NCBI RefSeq assembly: GCF_006345805.1
Contig: NC_043007.1
Coordinates: forward strand, 59,272,001-59,336,000
DNA from: Octopus sinensis
Taxonomy: Eukaryota
Direction: 5' to 3'
Length of the DNA stretch: 64,000 bases
Part shown: piece after piece, positions 25,653-37,783 of the stretch
Layout: each line of letters opens with the position of its first letter
How positions within the stretch are numbered: the first letter of the stretch is position 1
The notes under the pieces: model-generated
Databases searched by the model: none
What the model was told of the DNA's origin: nothing
Seen by the model: the letters and a program-made list of their open reading frames with translations, nothing else
Position numbers and translations under genes: made by a program

Positions 25653-25869
25653 CCCTTAAGCACTCAGATTATCCTGTCAAATGTAATACTTATTTATTTG
25701 CATTGTTTTGAATTAATCATGCATTATCTTGAAGCTTTGAGACTTTGATGATCTGATTGTTTTTATAATGACATTGTAAGGTAGGTGTAAGAGGCCAGAT
25801 CTAGTTTGTCTGAACATAGAACCAAGTAAAATATTTGGGCTGAATATAGCCAGTTTAAATGCTAAAGGG
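25653..25869. mobile_element. piggyBac-like MITE (CCCTT..AAGGG|TTAA)
   Basis: Right end AATGCTAAAGGG|TTAA; inverted relative to the copy at 55964-56178; partial copies at ~27780-27940 and ~55600-55820. Confidence 0.7.
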
Positions 25870-27081
25870 TTAAAAAAATCTAATTATTCTGATGCATGCA
25901 GTTATGTAAATTTTTTTAGTCCCACACTACCAAATCTCATAAACCAACAAAACTTGACTAAGTTTGTTCTGCTATTACTACCACACTTACTCAGTCAATC
26001 CATTTGGGTAAATGCTCGTAATGTTTCACCCTTTTCCAATTATGACCAAGTTTTCTGGTTCTTTTGCCATGGAAGTTTCTCCCTACCTTTCTGTAGTCTC
26101 AGTTCTGAGAAATTTCAAAGTAGTGTCAGTAATCAGTTATTTTATTGGCCATATACATTAAATGTCACCTTGGACATTTTTCTCACACAAATTCAATTCT
26201 CTTTTTTTAGATACTTCACTAAGTATGATCACCATAGATATTAAATTACTAAGTATCTAAAGAGTAATCCTTCCAATTTCTCTATCATGAGACAAATTTG
26301 CTCAACTATGTTGTCTACTCCACAATAAGAGAAATGAATATGTCCAAGATGACAGAAATAATTGTATGTAATTACTTATAATAGTATCTTTGCTTGTCCT
26401 GCATTCAATTATAAAATCTGCAATATAGAATCAAGCTTAGAATCATCAGAAATGTCATTTCATTTTCTGCTCTTGTTAACAAAATTTTATGATTGTGTGT
26501 GTGGATGTACACACATACACACATATATACATAGATACATGTTAGACTTCTGGCAAAGTTGTTTATTAATGGGCTCCACTCACTTGATTTATCACTGAAA
26601 TTGCAGCTTGTTAGTGATCCCCATCTCGCCACTCATTCAGCTTGCTTCACTAGACCTTTTAGAATTATTTTTCTACTTCTTGTCTTCTTTTTTTTCTCAC
26701 TAGCATATAACAATTCCATCTATGCTGATTCAGTAATCTGTAAAAGGCCGCTAAGATCTGTGAACTGCAGTCTTCCTTCTTGACTATTTTCTGTGATAAT
26801 GAGAAAGAGACCGATGTTCTTTTTCTTTTTTTCTTCTATTGCAACATGAATAGTATGAAATTTACAAATTTTAAAATTATTTCATGTATTGTTCATTGAA
26901 ACCTCTGAATGTCAACTCTCCACCTCAGACACATTAAATATACTATTAGAGTTGTTTGCAAATAAATTTTGTTAGGGAAAAATAGTTGTATAAATTTTGG
27001 AGGTTGTCTTCTCTCACTTTTTACATTCTGTTTTCTTATTGCATTTCTTTTTATTATTTCTATAATATAATTATTACTTTG

Positions 27082-27660
27082 TGAAGTATATTTGCCACCT
27101 AAATGTGGCTGACCCATATGGGACGCTGTTACTGTTGTTTATAACCCCAGGAAGATGATGGAACAATGATTTCCTTTCGCAAATACTGATCAGACTCAGT
27201 GTGTTGTTAGCCAGCTGGAGGAGATGTCTTCCTGGGGCTATAAACAACTGTAGTATCGTCCCATATGGGTCAGCCACATTTAGGTGGCAAATATACTTCA
27301 TGATGTTGTGCTGCTACTGTTTACATCTCATTCAGTGATTTATTATTTCTTGTTTCTCCTGTTTTGAGATCAGCAATGGTTTGTCACTGGAAAAAGCATA
27401 TAGTATTTTGCATTTAGAATCGGTTCTCATCCCTAGCTGGTGATTGTCACAGAAACCCGGTCCATGTGTATCACATAAGGCTAGAGGTGAGAACGATGAT
27501 TTCCCTTCGCAAATACTGATTGGACACAGACAGTGTGTAGTTATCCAACTGGAGATGTCTTCCTGGGGCTATAAACAACAGTAGCATCGTCCCATATGGG
27601 TCAGCCACATTTAGGTGGCAAATATACTTCATGATGTCATGCTGCTACTGTTTACATCTT
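27082..27660. repeat. Inverted repeat (27082-27300) plus direct duplication of its right part (~27490-27660)
   Basis: 44-nt perfect arm TGAAGTATATTTGCCACCTAAATGTGGCTGACCCATATGGGACG, extending to ~72 nt with a few mismatches; the right arm occurs twice. Confidence 0.92.
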
Positions 27661-28135
27661 GCTGAGAGATTTATTATTGATAATTATTACTCTTTCAACT
27701 GTAATTTTCAGAATTTTTGTTTGATTTCTAAGCATTTTGAATCTTGCTTAGATGTTTTGTATTAATATTTTGATATTAAAGCTTTAGCATTTAAATTGGC
27801 CATATACAGCCCAAATATTTTACTTGTTTTATGTTCAAACTAAGCAGATCCAGCCCCTCACACCCCACAATGTCATTGTAAAAATAATCAGTCACATCAT
27901 CAGAATCTTAAAGCTATAATCTGAATGCTAAAAGGTTATGTGAGCATTTCAGAGTAATATTTTACTGCTCAATCTCTCTGAATTATAATGAAGTATATTA
28001 AAAATGTAGAAGTTCTGTAAGAGTTATTACAGGTTTTTTTATTTAAAATTTTTTTCTTAATTTTAAAAACTGTTGTTGACACAAAAACCTTGTTAAATGG
28101 TCTTTTTTGTATTGAAAATAAATTTTCTTTTTTAG

Positions 28136-28212
28136 AATTGGGTGGCGCAATGCAGTTGATGGCTATCATAAGACTATTGATTGATCCTGAGAATATGCTT
28201 GCCACAGCCAAT
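28136..28212 (+). CDS. PPP4R3: PPP4R3 exon f (77 nt, 1-0)
   Basis: (E)[25 protein letters not shown]; tttag|...|gtatgt. Confidence 0.96.
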
Positions 28213-28899
28213 GTATGTTTCTATTAAATATTTCTTTAGTTAATCATTCTTTTCATTGCCTTGATTGAAGAAAAGTTTTGGAATCCTATTTATTTTGAAT
28301 AGTCATTTCAATCATCTGATAAGTTTTTATTTTCCAATATGAAAATTATGGTGTTCTGCAGAGGATAGGTAGCAGTAATGTGATATACACCAATTTGACA
28401 TATGGGTTGAGTTGAAAGATAATTAAAAATTATAGTATTTACTGCTCTACCACAGGTAAAAAAGTGGAACTTTCTAAGTTACTTCTGTTATGAAGGATAA
28501 AATGTTTAAAATGTTTTATTGATTTGAAGTTCCAGACAATAAACTTGAAAAGGAGGGAAAATGAAGGAAAGAAATATTAACATTTGTAATTTTGTGCTTT
28601 AGATATTCCAGTTCTTTGTTGCTATGTGGAAGACATTAGTTGCACCTGCATGAAAAGGCTATCCCTATCTGTATATATTTTCCTGTTAAGCAGTTATAAA
28701 AAGAAAAAGAAGAGTGAGAATAAGATCAGTATTCAAAACAAATAAGATATTTTTTCTCTCAAAATTAAAAGGTGCATTAAAGCTAAAAATACAAAGAAAT
28801 AATATTAAGAATTTTTAAAAAGGAGGTAAACAATAATGCTATGCTGGCATGGGTTGGGTGGGTTGCCACTGCTGGAATCAACTCATTTTAAGATATTAC

Positions 28900-30270
28900 T
28901 CAGTTCGCTATTTCAGATATTAAAGGATGTGCAGATATGTTTAATAGCTAGATCAGAAGGAAGAGACGGTGCCTATAGCATGTGAAGCTATGGCACTGCC
29001 TCTTCTTAAGTCGTCCAGTGTTGATAAGATTGATACTGTTAACATTCTGTTTAAACTGTTGCAAGCTGATGATTGCAGATGCAGACATTTACAAGGAGGA
29101 AATTCCAGAGGGCTGATATTTTAGAAAGAAATGACTGAGCAGAGTAGTTAATGTAGAGTCTGGAGTATCGATTATTTAAAAAAAAATTTATTATTGAGTG
29201 AAAACAAGATTGACAGGAAGTCATGGGAGGATGTTGCTGTGACCTGTTTTCATGTAATCAGTGCAGATTTTGCATTCAGTTGTTTTGGGTATTGTAGGTT
29301 AAAAAGAATGAAGAGTGGTTGTGTAAAGAGTGCTTGTTGTTAGATGTTTTGGTAAGTAACTGATGTATAACAGGAAAGCTGTGACATACCAGAGTAGATA
29401 GTTGGGTCAAAGAGACTATTCCATGAGCACAGATCATGGTAGGCCAATCTCATGGGAAACTACTGGTCCATGAGATGAAAGGCAGCTGAAGCCCATAGTT
29501 AGGCAATTTTAAATGCAACATAGTCAAAAAGTTTGCCGATGTTGAGGGCAACAATTCTGTCACTAATTTTCATTAGCTCAGGAGCACATTGGTGAGTGAT
29601 GTATGGGAGTAGTTTTGCAATAGATCTAGCTTTATGAAAGCTGTACTGGTAGTCATTAAGGAGAGATTGATTGATTTGTGGTGTTGAATAGTATTGTTAA
29701 TGGTGGTCTCTGTTGCTTTTTAATTGAGAAGTAAATGTGATAGAAGTTGGAGGGGTTGCACTTCTTGGGAATTAGAGATACTGTATTGCATTTCCAAAAA
29801 TTAAGATGTATCCTTGTTAAGAGAGAGAATCAAGAGTTTAATGAGGGTACAGTGAAGGCAATGGAAGAGACATTCTCATGGCTAGTGATCTTGGTTTGAA
29901 TTAACTGGAGGCACTTTTATACTTCATATGTATGTGTGATGGTGGTGTGAAAGTGGGTAGATTTGGAGGGATTTACTCACATGCAACTTGAGGGTAGATT
30001 CAAAGAGAGCAGCAAAGCTGGTTGTTTTTTCTGTGGGAGTACTGGGTAGAAAATCACTATGGTTGAAGACTTTGGCAAATCACTAAAAGGATCAGCTGCA
30101 GTTAAGGAGGTGGGGGAGCTGTTCAGTGCACTAAGACATCCTTTGTAGTTTGGATGATTGCCTTGTATGAATTGTGGTGCATTTGTAGAGATGGATAGTT
30201 CTCTTCAGTTGCTGGAGATCATGTTTTTAACCTGAACAGCTGTAGCACAGCTATGAATAAATCATTAGGG
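28900..30270 (-). mobile_element. Heavily decayed CR1/L2-type LINE RT
   Basis: Minus-strand remnants RIVALNIGKLFDYV (VALDISKAFDRV-like), NSLFDPTIL/FLLYISYLP and LWNFL; boundaries approximate. Confidence 0.6.
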
Positions 30271-30292
30271 GACTAAAGAAGCAATCAATATA

Positions 30293-31584
30293 CGAGGGGC
30301 GTTCAATAAGTAATGCCCCTGACCCACTTCCCATAGCAGTGGAGCAACGAAACTTGAAACAGTTACTAGTCTTTTTCTACATAGGAACCACCCAGAGTTA
30401 CGTATTTCTCCCATCGTTTGATGCAGCTCTGAAGACCGTTTTTGTAGAAGACCCCAGCTTGGTCCTCCAACCACGACGTGACTTCAGAAATCAAGGCTGC
30501 ATCATCTGGGAAACGCTTTCCTTTAAAAAACAACTTCATGGCTGGGAAGAGGTGAAAATCAGAGGGTGCAAGGTCAGGAGAGTAGGGGGGATGGGAGATG
30601 AGTTCATAGCCGCACGCCTGTGCTTCTGATCTGGTGACACGCGAGTTGTGGATCGGAGCGTTGTCCTGCAGGAGGAGGATGCCTTTGCTGATCTTGCCCC
30701 GCCTCTTGATTTTGATAGCTTCTCTTAATTTCCTCAAAAGTGAAGCATAATAGACTCCTGTAATTGTGGCACCCTTTGCCAGGAAATCTGTCTTCACTAC
30801 TCCGTCCTGGTCCCAGAAGACTCTAAGCATGACCTTGCCAGCGGAGGGCTGCACCCTTGCCTTCTTTGGAGGAGGTGAGTCACTGTGCTTCCACTGCATT
30901 GACTGGGCTTTGGTCTCTGGATCATAGTGACGGACCCAGGTTTTATCCTATGCAATCAGTCTTTTGAAAAATTTTGACTCATCTTCTTGGCACATCTCCA
31001 AATTCATCCTCGAGCAATCGACGCGTTCTTGCTTCTGGAAAGGTGTGAGCAACCTTGGAATCCATCTGGCAGACACCTTTTTCATATGCAAATGGTCATG
31101 AATGATAGTTTCCACAGACCCGGTACTAATCTTGACCTCATGGGCTATTTGGCGAATAGTTATGCGGCGATCTTCCAAAATGGCAGCCTCAACTTGACAG
31201 ACAGATGCCTCATCAATGGCAGAAGGGGGTGACCAGATCTGGGAGCTGTTTCCACAGAGTTCCGACCATGTTTGAATTCACGATGCCAGCGTTTTACAAG
31301 GTCATATGATGGGGCATCATCACCATAAGTTACTTTCATTTCATCAAAAGTCTCCCGTGGTGTGCGTCCTTTCAAATACAAAAACCGGATCACTGCTCGA
31401 CACTCAACATGCTCCATTTCACACTTGACTCAGTTCAAACACCTGTAAATCGGAAACCACAATTAGTTCAGAGCTGTAATTTGCCACTTAATCTATAGAG
31501 ATATAAATAGTTGCACATGCAAAATTTCAGCTATATCAAACAACTGCAAGTGGGTCAGGGGCATTACTTATTGAACGCCCCTCG
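30293..31584 (-). mobile_element. Full-length (1292 bp) mariner, DD34D transposase pseudogene
   Basis: Perfect 37-bp TIRs CGAGGGGCGTTCAATAAGTAATGCCCCTGACCCACTT and TA TSDs; ORF 31417-30366 broken by one frameshift (~31230) and one TAG (30948); WIPRLLT and YSPDLAPSD, 34 aa between D2 and D3. Confidence 0.97.
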
Positions 31585-32143
31585 TAGTAGGAACGCTAAC
31601 AATAGGGTTAATTTTAGAACCTCAGATTTTTGAACTTAACGCATTCTGTTCTGTTTCATTTCTCTCTTGATAACTTAATATATTGTTTTAAAAATTATAT
31701 TATAATCTTGAAATAATCATTAATTTATTGTATTCATTAGGAGTTTTGAGATGTAAATTTGTCTTTAGATTTCTGTAGAAAATATAATTTCCAAACCTGA
31801 ACCGTAAAAAATGATTTCTTACTTGTTATGCATTATGGTGGGGGTCAAATGCTGTGTTTATTTTCATAGTGCAGTTTGTAATCAGTTGCATTTTTGTGTT
31901 TCATATTATATTTGAATTATGCTGAATGTATTTACATGCAGAATAAAATTGGAGTTGTTTTAATCATGTTTTGTTGTCAGTTGGAAATCTACACATTTAG
32001 TCACTATTTCACTGTAACTCATGTTTTATTACAATTTGAATAAATTTTAAAGTTGAGGTGTGATTGTACAGAAACTAATATCTTGAAGTGAACATAATAG
32101 ATGATATTTTAATAATAATGTAACTGTTTTATGTTTCTTTCAG

Positions 32144-32246
32144 AAAACTGAAAAAACTGAATTTCTTAGTTTTTTCTATAAACATAGTATGCATGTATTG
32201 ACTGCTCCGTTATTTGCTAACACTACAGACAATAAACCTAGTAAAG
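32144..32246 (+). CDS. PPP4R3: PPP4R3 exon g (103 nt, 0-1)
   Basis: [34 protein letters not shown]. Confidence 0.96.
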
Positions 32247-32745
32247 GTAAGTTTTTTTTGTTTTTTGATACTACCTGTTTTATAACTAGCCAGTATTCTT
32301 GGCATTTTTGGATCTAATGAAAATGGATTGTTCTTTAATTACATTTGCGTAAGCAGCGTCTAACTAGATATTATGCTACCATAGAACAATAAATATGAAT
32401 ACAGAAAGTTAAGTGTTTTATCCATACTTTTTAGACTAATTTACACGTAAGAATTACTTTATACTTCTCTTAATAATGTTCAGTTTTCCTCAAATATATT
32501 CTCAGTATCTAAAGTTGAAATGAGAGTTCAGTTAGATATTAACTGAAATGTTTGAAATAATATAAACATCTTGTAAATTGCAGCAATAGTAACAAACTCC
32601 TGTGGCTTTTCCCATTTCCACACTTATTTCTTCTTTTTGTCTCCCTTCTTTGCTTTGTTTTGTTTTGCATTCTCTAATACATGAGAATATACATGGTTGA
32701 CCAATTTTAATAATAATATATTGGTTTAAAAAATAATATTTGTAA

Positions 32746-32931
<186 letters not shown>

Positions 32932-33260
32932 TGATCAAAATTATTCTTGTTCAAGTCTATCTGTAATTGGTATTATTTATTCACCATTAAGCATTAACTT
33001 GGTACCACTTCCAAATTACTATATAGTTGATAATAAAATTTATTGTATATTATCTTAATTGCATAAGATTTTAATTTCTCTTAATGTAGGTGTATCAACA
33101 TTTTCTTTGCAGACCATATTAATTTACTAATCTTTTAGTGTAGGCAATTCTTGCTATCAAAAATTTATTTTGAAGTCTAGATTGTAATTGTAGTGTAGAG
33201 CTTGTATTAATATGTCTACAAATGACTTCTATTAAATTGCAATCACAATTTTTTTTACAG

Positions 33261-33430
33261 GTGCCTTGCGATTTATGAGAAAGATAATTGGCTTGAAAGA
33301 GGAATTTTACAATCGTTACATCACTAAGGGAAATCTATTTCAACCTGTTGTAGATGCCTTTAATGCTAATGGTGACAGATATAACCTGCTGAACTCTGCC
33401 ATGATTGAAATGTTTGAGTTTGTGAAAATG
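33261..33430 (+). CDS. PPP4R3: PPP4R3 exon i (170 nt, 1-0)
   Basis: [45 protein letters not shown]. Confidence 0.97.
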
Positions 33431-34034
33431 GTAGGTTGTGTAATTTTTTTTTTTGTATGGAATTTAAAAAAAATTGTTCTTCCAGTAATTGACAGTGCAC
33501 ATTTAAAATGACTATAATATACATGTGTATGTATGCATATACATAGAATTTGTATTAGGTGGTACAAGCAGGAGAAATAGAAATCAATGTGCAATACTAC
33601 AGATCATATTTATTTATTAGCTGAACAGCTACATAAAGTGACTTGTTGGGGTAGAGAGTTCACGGAAAGTGAAATGAACAATGAAGTTGAGAGAGAGATG
33701 AAAGGAGGAGGGAGAGAGAAGAGATAATACAGGTAAGAGAAGTGTAAAAAGATAGGTGTCTACAATAAAGAAGTAATGTGATAAGTACAGAGACAAATTC
33801 ATGTCTGATTTAAAAGTTTGTGAGATAGACAGATGATGAGAAACATGAAGATGGAAGATTTTGAGATAAGTAGATCATTGTGTGTGTGTGTGTGTGTGTG
33901 TATATATCTTTTAAATTTGTTTATGGGAAACGTTTTGAATATGCAAATAAAGCTATTCCATTATGCTAGCTGCAGTTTAATGATGCTGACTGGTGAACCA
34001 GTTTTTGGGGTTGCATCGAGCTGTACTGATATAA

Positions 34035-34419
34035 TCTCTCTCTATATAAACGGCAGTTTGTCTGTGCGTGTTTCTGTGTGTCTGTTTTCTCGTACCCTCA
34101 CTCTGACCACGGCTTTCAACCGATTCTGATGAAACTTGACACACACATAGCCCAATGTCATAATTCAAGACTAACGCAGCGAAAATTTTGAAAAGTTCCC
34201 CCAGTTCTGAAAAAAATCGATAAATTCGACATGGGGTCGAGAATCAGAAACCCAAACCACAGACCGTCTAGGGGACGCAACTCCACCTTTTTTAACTCTC
34301 AAAAAAAATTTACCATCATTTTTTTTCCATTTTTTTGCTATTTTTTGGCTATAACTCTCTAAAAATGCTTTATAGTTATTTCCCTTACAAACCTGAGCAA
34401 CGCCGGGCGATACTGCTAG
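34035..34419 (+). mobile_element. Complete 385-bp non-autonomous Helitron
   Basis: A|TC 5' end; 3' hairpin CCTGAGCAACGCCGGG followed by CTAG|T; no TSD. Confidence 0.88.
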
Positions 34420-36572
34420 TGTAGGATAAATAGAGTAATAATAATCTTTGGATGGAATTTATAAACATTTAATGCATTGCTATGCTTGTTTCCACAAATC
34501 ACGTCTCTTCAGATCACAATCCGTATTCATGGGATGTAGTCCATAGTATCTGTGGGCATCAGTTAGATCATCTTCGTGGATTCATTTCTTCAGGCAATAT
34601 AACATTAATGGCTGTTTACTAGAGAGATGTTTATCCCTTTAGACCAGTGGTTGAGTTATGATCTACCCAATGCTCATGGATACTACAGACTACTGTGATC
34701 TTAAGAGACATGTAATTTGTGGAAATGCACATAGCTATGCATTATATATTTATAAATTATAATTAATATTGTTAATATTACTATATATATACACATATGG
34801 TTATGTGATTGCATGTGTGTATGATGGTGGATCCTACATTGATTTTTGACAATTAACTGAGTAAACTACTTCAGTTAATGTGAAGTGGCTGAGTATTCCA
34901 AAATCAGTGTCTCCTGATTCTCAAGCTGAATCATTTTGACATAGTATTTAACAAAGCTGGCCCTTTGAACTTTAGGTACAATCTATCTGATGGGCTTCCA
35001 CACAGTTTCTGTCTACTAAATTTCATTCACAAAGCTTGGGTAAAAAGATACTCGAGCAATATGCCACTCAGTTTTATTGAACCTTGGACTTCATGATGTT
35101 AAAGCAAATTTTTTATTCACCTGGCTATTCTCGCATCCTATATATTGACATAGAGGACATGAAGTAATAATGATGTGTGTGAGTGAGAAAAGTGAAGGAG
35201 TGTGAGGGAGTGATGGTGTAAGAGTAGAGAAGTGAAGAGACGACTTTTCAAATATACAGCAGGTGATTGCAAGTCAAACAGACGAAGAAATTCTTGCTTG
35301 ACTTCCCAGCTGCACACTAAAGATGATGCGTGTCGCCAGAAGTCAGTGCTTGATGTGAATTGGGTAGAAGTTTTGGAAAACGACAACCAGAAGCAAGGCT
35401 CAAGGTAAAAGGAATAACTGAAAGAAGACAAAATGAATCTTAGGAAATTGAATCAAAGCCTGAAGTAGAATGATTAAGAGTACTGGAAAGGAGACTGCAA
35501 TAAACACCCATTATTTTTGATGAGTACTATGCTAGTATATATAATATAATTCTATTTTATACACACACACAAACTTTTAACATGCCATCTTAAAAACAGT
35601 ATTATAGTTGTGGCATGAGCTTTTGCGTGTTACGATTGTTTTGTGTACATTTCTGCATGGGGATAGTGGGAACTAATGATTGGTAGAGTGTTGAAAATTG
35701 TGGAGAGAGTTCCTGGTTGACTGAAAAATTTTTTGGTTCTTTTAGCACCATGGGTAGCCATGATGAAAGGCCTTCCAGCTGCAATCATATTACGCATACG
35801 CACCCTTAAAAAGGGACAAATTTAGAAATGGAAACCCTGATATACAAGACAACAAATGATGTAGGTGTGTGTAACTCACACATGTATATAATGAGCTGAC
35901 ACAAACTGAGGCCAGTTGTGTCTGTTTATGAAATCTTTCTAATGTCCACTTCTCCATGCTTGCATGGGTGGGATGAAATTTGTTGAAGCAGTTTTTCTAT
36001 CACTGGGTGCTCTTCCTGTTGCCAACCCTCACCTGTTACCAAGTAAGGTAATATTTCCATATGACTAGACATATTTTCACAGAAAATTGGGAATGGACAC
36101 TCTTTGTATGGTGATGATGTTTATTTATAACCATCATGTGATGGTTATAAACATATGCATACACAACTGGCTTCTTTCAGTTTCCAGCTACCAGATCCAC
36201 TCACAAGGCCTTGCTTGACTTGGAAGACACTTGCCTAAGGTGTCACACAGTGGGATTGAACCCAAAACTACATGGTTGAGGGACAAATTTCTGAACCATA
36301 CAACTATGTATGCTTTTGTGTGAGTTGGTGTTTCCCCTTGTCTTTATATGTTTGCTGACATTTTTCATTTCATACACTCGTCTCACTCATAAGACTTTGG
36401 TCATGCTTGGATACTGCTTTGAAGGGTCTTAGTCAAACAAATCAATCCCAGTACTTCTTGTCTTAAGCCTAGTACTTATTCTATTGATCTCTTTTGAACT
36501 GCTATGTTTCAGGGATGTATACAAGCCAACACCAGTTGTCATGGTGGTGGAGGACAAACATATACACACACG

Positions 36573-36617
<45 letters not shown>

Positions 36618-37419
36618 AATAAACAATAGTCTTGTTATCAATACAGGTGGTGTTGCATGCTTGCAGTTAACTGAAAGCACATCTGGGTTTCTTGACATGT
36701 CTTCACATGTTCCGTGATCTTTGTAAACAGATTGACTCATAGCTTTGTCCAGACTGTTTGTTGTTCAGTAGAGTAGGGAATTATTACCTTACTTGGAAAT
36801 AGGTGAGGTATTGCAGAAGGAAGGGCATCAGGCATCTGGCCTTAGAAAATCTGCCTCTATGATGTATTTTGTTTGTGGAATAGGCATTCTTTGAGGCACA
36901 TGTGCTTGTGCACACACATATGCATACATTTATAAATTTGTTTATGTCTCATCTATTTTGCCATGCTGGCAGAGCTTTGGTGAATACATATAGCAGCACT
37001 GTTTTAGTTTTCAAGTTAATTTTTTTTCTTTTTAAATTCCACATATCTGTGAAAGCCCAGAGCTAGCAGTTGATTTGTTAGTAGGAAATAGTAACTATCT
37101 GTGCAGAATGTAGACATCCCACTCAGGCACAAACACACATGACAAGCTTTGTACAGTTTCTGTTTATCAGATTCACTCATGCAAGACATTAGCTGGCTTG
37201 GAGCATCAGACACTTGCCAAACATGCTGTGCAGTTGCACTGGATCTAAAATCATCTGCTAGCGAAACAAACTTCTTAATCCTGATTTAAGGTTCGCTGTC
37301 ACACAGGAGTATACTTCTTTGGTTCATATGTGTGTGTGTGTATAGTTCAAAACAGAAGATGGACAGGTGAAGGAACAACTAGCAGGTGTATTAGTTTCAG
37401 GCAGAATGGAAAAGTCTTT

Positions 37420-37448
37420 GATGTTTCGAGCTTATGCTCTTCAACAGG
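37420..37448 (-). ncRNA. Degenerate minimal hammerhead-ribozyme-like motif
   Basis: Minus strand CTGTTGA-A-GAGC-ATAA-GCTC-GAAAC-ATC; the core has one substitution and stems I/III are weak. Confidence 0.4.
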
Positions 37449-37752
37449 AAGGATTGAGAGAGAAAAACGTGTGGGGATTAACGGTTCAACAATATATGTA
37501 TATGGTGGTGGTTGTCTTCATGTTATGCAGAGTCTGACCACCTCCTGTACCAGACATAGGCAGAATAGTTGGTGGAGATTCGTTTTCCATGGGTTTGCAG
37601 ATGAGATTTGAGCCTAGCAAAAGAAAAGCATGGTCTGTCACAAACTGTATGCACAAAAAGGTCATTGTGATTCAGCTTCTCAATTGTAACACTCTTTTTT
37701 AAATCTCAAGTATTGCATGTGTTATCCTGGCCTCTTCAAATGCTTCCACACA

Positions 37753-37783
<31 letters not shown>

